Below are positions 5,772 to 11,765 of a stretch of 13,542 nt of DNA, one piece after another (the stretch's first letter is position 1; every line of letters begins with the position of its first letter). The stretch lies in IMG/VR virus record IMGVR_UViG_3300038465_000133, one strand, 5' to 3'. A program made the translations under genes and the position numbers. Below the pieces are notes generated by a model. That model was not told the DNA's origin and searched no databases. It saw nothing but the letters and a program-made list of their open reading frames with translations. Source of the stretch: a virus.

Positions 5772-6240
5772 AACAGTTCGGTTTGTTAGTGACCGAGACC
5801 AACGAGCGCTTCCGTTCAGTCGGAATAACCCGAGAAAGTCCTTTCGGTCCTGACGATTCTTCCTCTCGCTCACATTTCTTTATCCAGTTACAGTTCGCAC
5901 ACAGTACTTGATAGTGCTGCTTGTTCGCCAAAACATGGGCTCGATACTTAGCAGTAGAACTGCCCATTATTTTGCTTTCTGCGCGACCTCCTCCATTTAC
6001 GTGATCGACTTGAAGGGCACGCCAATCTGCAAATCCACATCGTGCACACTTACATCCACCGAGTGCTGTTAAGAAAGCGATGCGCGTCTTCTCATGAGTC
6101 TGCTTCTGATACAACTTTCGATGATAGACGCAGACATTGCGCAAACCATCCGGGTTTACTCTTGATATGTAGAACTCTTCTACGGGCCTGAACTCGCCAC
6201 AGTTTGGGCACCATTTCTTGGTGGAGTCAAACTCGTACAT
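5752..6240 (-). CDS. HNH endonuclease with N-terminal zinc ribbon
   Basis: …GGCKCARCGFADWRALQVDHVNGGG…HYQVLCANCNWIKK… gives the HNH signature (C-x2-C…DH…N…C-x2-C). An N-terminal CPNCGEF ribbon is present. ATG at 6238-6240 overlaps the upstream gene by 14 nt. G+C is clearly lower than the window average (about 45-47% by hand count of 120 nt). Confidence 0.75.
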   Translation of the reverse strand: MYEFDSTKKWCPNCGEFRPVEEFYISRVNPDGLRNVCVYHRKLYQKQTHEKTRIAFLTALGGCKCARCGFADWRALQVDHVNGGGRAESKIMGSSTAKYRAHVLANKQHYQVLCANCNWIKKCEREEESSGPKGLSRVIPTERKRSLVSVTNKPNCYGQSGS

Positions 6241-7141
6241 CGCGCTCTATTCCGTAACATACTGAATAATACGGACACGCCTTACAGGAAGCATGTGTTT
6301 CGTCGGCCCACATCGGGCGCTTGGGTGGGCGCTGCTTGTCGATGGCCGATTTGACCTTGAGGCACTCGTCGAGGATGTCCTCGATAAATAATCGATTGAA
6401 CTTGATCTCGAACTCTTTGGGGTAGGCGGTAATGAACTTGGGATCGTAAATATAGATGATCTCTTTGCGGTCGTAACAAAAACAGTAGACCATCCCCTGG
6501 CGCAAATGACTTGGGAAGGGCCGACGGATCCCCGACCACAGGGCGTACCAGTCGACCCCGGTGTGCGTCTTGCCGTCCTCGTCGGTGTGGGTATAGGTGT
6601 AGCGCTCTTGAAGCTTGGGAGCCTCGATACGGATGGTGCCGGTGCCGATCGTCTTGATCTCGATGAGCACGCTGCCGCCCTCGCGCACCACATCGCCGTC
6701 GGCGTTGCCAAAAAGAAGATACTCCTCGTTTTTAACAGGCACCTCGGCGTAATAGAGGAGATTACGCCCGACCTCGCAGCGCTGGCAGAACTGTGGCGAC
6801 TGATCCCACCAGCGCAGATCGCAGTTCAAACAGGCGAAGACCCCCTTGAGCAGCCCCATGTCCCAGAACCAGTGCTGCCATTTGCGGTGAGCGTCGTGGC
6901 CGGTTTCGAAGGCCATCTCGAAAGCGAGTTTGCGGGGCTGGATTTCGGCTGGCGTGCCGATTATCCGGTAATAGGTGGACCGCGGGCACCAGCCCTCATG
7001 CGACGCCTCGGAGGGATGAATACAGTCACTACGCCGGTCGGTGTCTTCTTCAGTCTTCATAAGATGCCGGGCCACGCCGGAGACGAGCTTGTCCTTGTCC
7101 CGATACGTGGCCCCAAGGATCTTGGAGAGATCAGTCGTCAT
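6227..7141 (-). CDS. Cas4/RecB-family PD-(D/E)xK nuclease with Fe-S cluster cysteines
   Basis: An N-terminal Cys (…SDCIHPSEAS…), …GNADGDVV…LIEIKT… (D…ExK), QGMVY (QxxxY) and the C-terminal C-x2-C-x5-C (HASCKACPYYSVC) make up the Cas4/AddB-nuclease arrangement. ATG at 7139-7141 overlaps the WhiB-like stop by 11 nt. Confidence 0.7.
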   Translation of the reverse strand: MTTDLSKILGATYRDKDKLVSGVARHLMKTEEDTDRRSDCIHPSEASHEGWCPRSTYYRIIGTPAEIQPRKLAFEMAFETGHDAHRKWQHWFWDMGLLKGVFACLNCDLRWWDQSPQFCQRCEVGRNLLYYAEVPVKNEEYLLFGNADGDVVREGGSVLIEIKTIGTGTIRIEAPKLQERYTYTHTDEDGKTHTGVDWYALWSGIRRPFPSHLRQGMVYCFCYDRKEIIYIYDPKFITAYPKEFEIKFNRLFIEDILDECLKVKSAIDKQRPPKRPMWADETHASCKACPYYSVCYGIERDVRV

Positions 7142-7586
7142 TAGGGACCAGGGCGAGCCTCCGTTTGACGAAGATTACCCGGCGGCGCTCGATCTCAACG
7201 GCCTGGGGGAACTTGACGTCTTCCATTTGGTAGATGCTCGTGTTCTTAAAGAGATTTCGAGCCCTCTGTATCTTGCGTCGATCACGCTCAGACGTCCCGC
7301 CCCACACCCCGTACGCCTCGTGATTGTCGATGGCGTGGCGGAGACAGACAGAGCGTAATGGGCACGGCGATGTGCCGTCTAATCCATTACAGAGCGCCTT
7401 CGCCTTGGACACCTCTGAGCTTGGCTGATTCGGATACATGAATCTGGTGACTCCCTTGCACTTCACCCGAGGATCGTCCATCCAGGCCGGGAGAAAGGCA
7501 AAGAGCGACCGTCGTGTAGTCGCCATAGGATAAAAGGCCCCTTCGTAGTTCCGATACGGAAGGGCTACAGCTGCCCCGCTACTCAT
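7131..7586 (-). CDS. WhiB-like (Wbl) Fe-S transcription regulator
   Basis: Four Cys (…VKCKGV…AKALCNGLDGTSPCPLRSVCLRH…) are followed by the hallmark …YGVWGGTSERDRRKIQR… (G[V/I]WGG plus a basic tail). ATG at 7584-7586 is preceded by AGGGAGA at a 7-nt spacing. Confidence 0.7.
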   Translation of the reverse strand: MSSGAAVALPYRNYEGAFYPMATTRRSLFAFLPAWMDDPRVKCKGVTRFMYPNQPSSEVSKAKALCNGLDGTSPCPLRSVCLRHAIDNHEAYGVWGGTSERDRRKIQRARNLFKNTSIYQMEDVKFPQAVEIERRRVIFVKRRLALVPNDD

Positions 7587-7797
7587 TAGTTTCTCCCTTT
7601 AGGTCACGAAGTTCGATGTAATCGTCTTCCAACTGCATTATCCAGCGCCGTCCATTGAACTCGATGGACAGTACCGGAGAACGATCTTGCTGCCAGGCCT
7701 CTTTGATGAGACCCTCCAGATATGCGCCCGACAATGTAATGCTCTTTTTGCCCAGTAAAACGGTCTTGCACTCGATGAGGGCGTCCTGCGTGTGCAT
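7579..7797 (-). CDS. hypothetical protein (72 aa)
   Basis: ATG at 7795-7797 lies 1 nt after the recA TGA. The track's start at 7908 would overlap 110 nt of the recA tail coding region in another frame and yields low-complexity sequence. An …ALIECKT… segment is present, but no family is assigned. Confidence 0.3.
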   Translation of the reverse strand: MHTQDALIECKTVLLGKKSITLSGAYLEGLIKEAWQQDRSPVLSIEFNGRRWIMQLEDDYIELRDLKGETNE

Positions 7798-7798
7798 G

Positions 7799-8965
7799 TC
7801 ATGCTTCTTGTTCCCGCTGCCGGACCCTTTGTGCTGCTGGGCCCCGAGACTTTTTGACACTCGCCGCTCTTGTGAGGCCGACACTTTTGCTCGCTGATCT
7901 CTTGGCAACAGTCTTCTTCCTTACCTGATCGGTCGGCGGCATCGGAGCCGCAGCTGCTGTGAGAACCGCCCTCTTTACTCGACCCCGCAGTTTGGCGTCG
8001 GCCTTCAGGGCCTTCTCGACATTCGGGCGGCCGTACCACTTGTCGCCCTCAAAGAGGTAATGAGATCCCTGCTTCACAAAGACCCCGTACGCCATAGCGG
8101 CCGAGACGATGTCCTTGGTGACATCGAAAGTCCCAGCCTTATGGTTTCGATGGTCAACCACGTATGCGTCGACCTCACCAGTGAGTCCGGGCCGGGCAAA
8201 CTTGTTCTTGATGTTCTTGAGCTTCATGGTCTGGCCGACCGGCTTGCTCTTAGTGTCAGTAATCCACTCGACCCGGGAGAGATCCACTCGCTGAAAGAAG
8301 ACAAAGTTCTTTCCCTTGCCACCAGGAGTAGTGCGCGGGTCCCCGTACTTCACGAACTTATCCCGCCAACCATTGATAATCAGTCCGGTGCAGTTACGTT
8401 CCTCGGCCAGATCAAGACGGCGCTTGATTGAGCCCATGGACTTGCGGAAGAACTTTCCTGTGAGAAGGGCCGGGTACCCAGGCTGGGTCTCGTCCATGTC
8501 CCCCTCGTCTTCACGGCCGGACACGAGGAAGGGCAGTGAGTCGATTACTATGCAGTCGACGCCTTTAGTCTGCAAAAACTGGATGCACTTGTCGTACACC
8601 CTCTCCATGATGTTCTCGTTGTAAACGATTACTCGATCGATATCGACCCCGAGCATTTCGGCGTACGTCTCAGAAAAGTCTTCAGTGGCCACCCACAGGG
8701 TCATCCAGTTAGGATCAAGGCGCTGGTTGGCGGCGATCGTCTTTAGGACCAGGAATGTTTTTCCCGCGCTCTCCCAGCCCGCTATTTCAGCCCAGTGATT
8801 AGTGGCCCAACCGCCGCCGAGTGCGGCATCAAGACTGAGCGAGCCCGTCGTAATCGTCGGGCGAAGGGGAGGGACGATCTGCGAACCCAAAAGGATTGCC
8901 CCCTCCCCCTGCTCCTTTCGGATCTTTGCCATCACAGCGCGGACCTTTGGGTCTAATGCTGCCAC
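7799..8965 (-). CDS. recA: RecA recombinase homologue with an unusual basic C-terminal tail
   Basis: …ITTGSLSLDAALGGGWATNHWAEIAGWESAGKTFLVLKTIAANQR… matches E. coli RecA …[46 protein letters not shown]…. MLGVDIDRVIV and VDCIVIDSLPFLV match the RecA blocks KLGVDID and VDVIVVDSVAAL. GTG at 8963-8965 is preceded by GAGAGG at a 9-nt spacing. The N-terminal length is consistent with RecA. Confidence 0.85.
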   Translation of the reverse strand: MAALDPKVRAVMAKIRKEQGEGAILLGSQIVPPLRPTITTGSLSLDAALGGGWATNHWAEIAGWESAGKTFLVLKTIAANQRLDPNWMTLWVATEDFSETYAEMLGVDIDRVIVYNENIMERVYDKCIQFLQTKGVDCIVIDSLPFLVSGREDEGDMDETQPGYPALLTGKFFRKSMGSIKRRLDLAEERNCTGLIINGWRDKFVKYGDPRTTPGGKGKNFVFFQRVDLSRVEWITDTKSKPVGQTMKLKNIKNKFARPGLTGEVDAYVVDHRNHKAGTFDVTKDIVSAAMAYGVFVKQGSHYLFEGDKWYGRPNVEKALKADAKLRGRVKRAVLTAAAAPMPPTDQVRKKTVAKRSASKSVGLTRAASVKKSRGPAAQRVRQREQEA

Positions 8966-8992
8966 TCGCCAACCTCTCGCCTGGTGTGGTCA

Positions 8993-9013
8993 GGGGGAGT
9001 CCCCCGAGTGGGG
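8993..9013. promoter_or_regulatory. overlapping mutually exclusive G/C hairpins (GGGGG-agt-CCCCC / CCCC-gagt-GGGG) in the 61-nt gap upstream of recA
   Basis: Read directly: cagGGGGGagtCCCCCgagtGGGGc. It lies between the stop of the zinc-ribbon gene (9027-9029) and the recA RBS and GTG (8965). Neither strand has a U/T tract after it. Confidence 0.2.
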
Positions 9014-9026
9014 CGAGATGTTACCC

Positions 9027-9554
9027 CTATCGCTTGATGAACGCCATAGAGCCAGCTGGGGCCGGTGCCTCCGAGGCCCGAGCGGCCTGGGCCGGGCCCG
9101 AAGTAACGGCCGCTCCGCCGACCATCCCCTGCTCATTGGGGTAGCCGCAGTCCCAGCACGTCGGGAACGGGTAGGCCACCACGCCGGTCTTTTCGTTCAT
9201 CACACTGCCGTACTTGCCCTGGACGTAGCGGGGCCCACCGCAGCCGGGGCACGGCCCTAGTCCCTCGCTGGCCGCCCCCTTCTTGTTGCCGCCCCACTGC
9301 CAGATGGGGAGCACCTCAGACATCTTGGTGGCCTCGGACGAGGACTTTTGGACCCACTGCTCCTGCTCGCGCTGGATGGCCTGCTGTTGCTCCCAGGGCT
9401 GCTGGTAGCCCTGCGGGGTCCGGTTCTCCATGTAGTGCTCGATCGCCCGGCCGTGGTCGACCCCCATGCCGCGGGGCAGATTCGGATTGCCGTACGCCGG
9501 TGCCGGTGGAGCGGCCGGTGCGCCCCCAAGCTTCTTACCCCAGTCCCATCCCAT
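9027..9554 (-). CDS. hypothetical Gln/Trp-rich protein with C-terminal zinc ribbon (175 aa)
   Basis: ATG at 9552-9554 is preceded by GAGGTGG at a 7-nt spacing and lies 11 nt after the polA TGA. The track's start at 9590 would overlap polA. …CPGCGGPRY…CWDCGY… gives a C-x2-C…C-x2-C ribbon. Confidence 0.45.
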   Translation of the reverse strand: MGWDWGKKLGGAPAAPPAPAYGNPNLPRGMGVDHGRAIEHYMENRTPQGYQQPWEQQQAIQREQEQWVQKSSSEATKMSEVLPIWQWGGNKKGAASEGLGPCPGCGGPRYVQGKYGSVMNEKTGVVAYPFPTCWDCGYPNEQGMVGGAAVTSGPAQAARASEAPAPAGSMAFIKR

Positions 9555-9564
9555 TAAGACCACC

Positions 9565-11499
9565 TCACTTAGCGTCTGACCATCTTTCAACGATCTTGGC
9601 GTCGGCCACCACCGGCAGCGATAATATCGGCTCCTCAGTGAACGGATTCACCACACTCTCCATGGCCGATTTGACCAGGACCAAACCCTCCTTGGCGTAG
9701 CGCTCGGGCACCTCGACCACCAGCTCGTCGTGGACGGTCATGATGATGTGGCCCTCCCAGGCCTGCTTCTGCAGTAGCTCATGGCAGTCGATCATGGCCA
9801 GCTTGAACAGATCGGCCGCCGATCCCTGGATAATCGAAGAGACGGCCTGGCGCTCGGCCCCGGCCCGCACCCCTCGAACAGAGGAGTTCAGTTCGGGCAA
9901 ACGACGCTTGCGGCCCAAGATGGTGGACACATACGGAGGGCTAACGCCCTTGCGGTATTTGCGCCGAGCGGTGTCAAGGATCTCTTCCTTCCAGGGCTCC
10001 ACTCTGCGGTAGGTGGCGTAAAAACCATCGATAACCTGTTGAGCCAGCCGGACATTAGGAAAGCCGTAACGACGAACAAGAGTAGGAGCGGCGGCGCCGA
10101 ACAAAACGCTGAAGTTGCCATTTTTTGCATAGAGGCGATCAATGGGCGTGAAGTCCTCGCCAAACACGCGAGCGGCCAAGAGGGCGTGCAGGTCGAGATT
10201 ATTACGGTAGGCCCGCAGCAGCTGCTTGTCCTGAGTAAAGTGCCCGAGCACCCGCAGCTCGATCTGCGAGAGGTCAGAGACGATGAGGAGGTGCCCGGGA
10301 CTGGCGACAAAGACCTCGCGCACTCTCTTACCGTCCTCGGAGCGCACAGGGATCTGCTGGATATTCGGCTCGCTGACCGAAGACCGCCCGGTGCGAGCGC
10401 CGACCTGATTAACGCTCGGATGAATCTTGTTCTCAAAGACCCGATTCTGCAGATTGATTACAAAGGAACTCTGCAGCTTGGAAAACTTGGCGTACTCGCC
10501 GATCTTTTTGACGATCGGATCCTTATGGAAGGATTCGAGGGTGTCCGATGCCGTGGACCGCTTGCCGCTCGGAGTAAAAACCTTGCACGGGTGCTTGCGC
10601 TTTTCATAAACCAGATCAGCCACCTGCTCATTGGCGTTGAGATTAATCGGCCCCTCATTCGCCTTCTCGATATCGATCATGAGGCGGGCCATCTCTTTGG
10701 AGAAAATCACCCCCAGTTCAGCCAAGCGCTCCTCGTCGAGGGTAATCCCCGCACGCTCCATGTCAAGGATTACTTCAAGAACGTCCATCTCAATGTCGAA
10801 GATGTGAGCGACGTTCTCCTTCTCCAAGAGCGGGCCGTACTTCTCCCAGAGCAGCCACTCGTATTTGGCGTCGTAATAGGAATACATATAGGCCTCGGAG
10901 TAAGGAAACTTCTCGGGCCCAGCCTTGCCGATTTTCTCGTACTCGAAATGGAACTCACGCTTAACCATCTCTCCAAGCTTGTAACCGAAATGATTCTCGT
11001 TGACGAGCTTGGCCGCCACGATTATGTCACCATAGGGAGGTGGTGGAAGAGCGTTGTAATACTTGGCCACTGATTCGAGATCGAAGCGCACGTTCTGACC
11101 AATCTTGCGCTTCTTCTTAGAAAAGAGGAGAGGACGCAGCGTCTCCATCACATCTGAGACCCAGAGCTGCGGAGGCGCTGGAGTGAACTGCGCTGGAATG
11201 TCGAACCATTTGAGTCGGCCGGAGGTCTCATTAATCCGGTGCTCTTGGTAATGGCCGTTCTTTGCTATGCGGTGTGTATCATCATCTGGGTCGTACTCAA
11301 CACGCTCACCCACTGGATGGCCACAGGGAATGGCGTCGGCCCTCCCGGGCCCTGCCAGTGAAATCCAGAACACCTCATTGCGATATGGATCGTCGCGGTG
11401 CTCGCCCATCGTCTCGACGTCAAAAACATATTCCTCAAACTGCATGTAATCATCGACGAGCACCTCTAGCTGGTCGAGAGTGAGGATGCCTTGGGCCAC
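9565..11499 (-). CDS. family-A DNA polymerase (Klenow-like: 3'-5' exonuclease plus polymerase, no 5' nuclease domain)
   Basis: Exo I VFDVETMGE, Exo II NVRFDLESV, motif A LLIVSDLSQIELRVLGHF, motif B RLYAKNGNFSVLFG, motif C IIMTVHDELVVEV. GTG at 11497-11499 lies 4 nt after the TAA of the HTH gene. Confidence 0.9.
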   Translation of the reverse strand: MAQGILTLDQLEVLVDDYMQFEEYVFDVETMGEHRDDPYRNEVFWISLAGPGRADAIPCGHPVGERVEYDPDDDTHRIAKNGHYQEHRINETSGRLKWFDIPAQFTPAPPQLWVSDVMETLRPLLFSKKKRKIGQNVRFDLESVAKYYNALPPPPYGDIIVAAKLVNENHFGYKLGEMVKREFHFEYEKIGKAGPEKFPYSEAYMYSYYDAKYEWLLWEKYGPLLEKENVAHIFDIEMDVLEVILDMERAGITLDEERLAELGVIFSKEMARLMIDIEKANEGPINLNANEQVADLVYEKRKHPCKVFTPSGKRSTASDTLESFHKDPIVKKIGEYAKFSKLQSSFVINLQNRVFENKIHPSVNQVGARTGRSSVSEPNIQQIPVRSEDGKRVREVFVASPGHLLIVSDLSQIELRVLGHFTQDKQLLRAYRNNLDLHALLAARVFGEDFTPIDRLYAKNGNFSVLFGAAAPTLVRRYGFPNVRLAQQVIDGFYATYRRVEPWKEEILDTARRKYRKGVSPPYVSTILGRKRRLPELNSSVRGVRAGAERQAVSSIIQGSAADLFKLAMIDCHELLQKQAWEGHIIMTVHDELVVEVPERYAKEGLVLVKSAMESVVNPFTEEPILSLPVVADAKIVERWSDAK

Positions 11500-11503
11500 C
11501 TAC

Positions 11504-11761
11504 TTACTCTGCACGATTTTCGTCGGTGGTTCCAATCAGGCTCAGTAAGTACTCGGGACTCTCGTCGAGCCAGTCGCATACCTTCTTGAAGTTGACAAGA
11601 GAGGGTAATCGCTCTGCCTTCTCCCACCCGCCCCAGGTCTCCCCTTCTACACCACACCCGAGGGCCGCCTGCCGCATGGTAATACCTCTCCCTTCTCTTT
11701 CCGCTTTGAGATAAGCGGCAAATCGAAAGATATCGGCACCGTCATGCAGCGGGCGGCCCAA
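11504..11761 (-). CDS. XRE/Cro-type helix-turn-helix DNA-binding protein
   Basis: …FAAYLKAEREGRGITMRQAALGCGVEGETWGGWEKAERLPSLVNFKKVCDWL… fits the HTH_3 pattern. TTG at 11759-11761 is 4 nt after the MVP-like TAG and keeps helix 1. An internal ATG at 11677 has a strong RBS (AGGGAGAGG, 8-nt spacing) but would delete helix 1. Confidence 0.55.
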   Translation of the reverse strand: MGRPLHDGADIFRFAAYLKAEREGRGITMRQAALGCGVEGETWGGWEKAERLPSLVNFKKVCDWLDESPEYLLSLIGTTDENRAE

Positions 11762-11765
11762 GGGT

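Noticed and set aside
9781-11073. 430-aa plus-strand ORF
   Set aside because: It lies entirely antisense to the family-A DNA polymerase, whose motifs A, B and C are unambiguous. Long open antisense frames are expected at this G+C.
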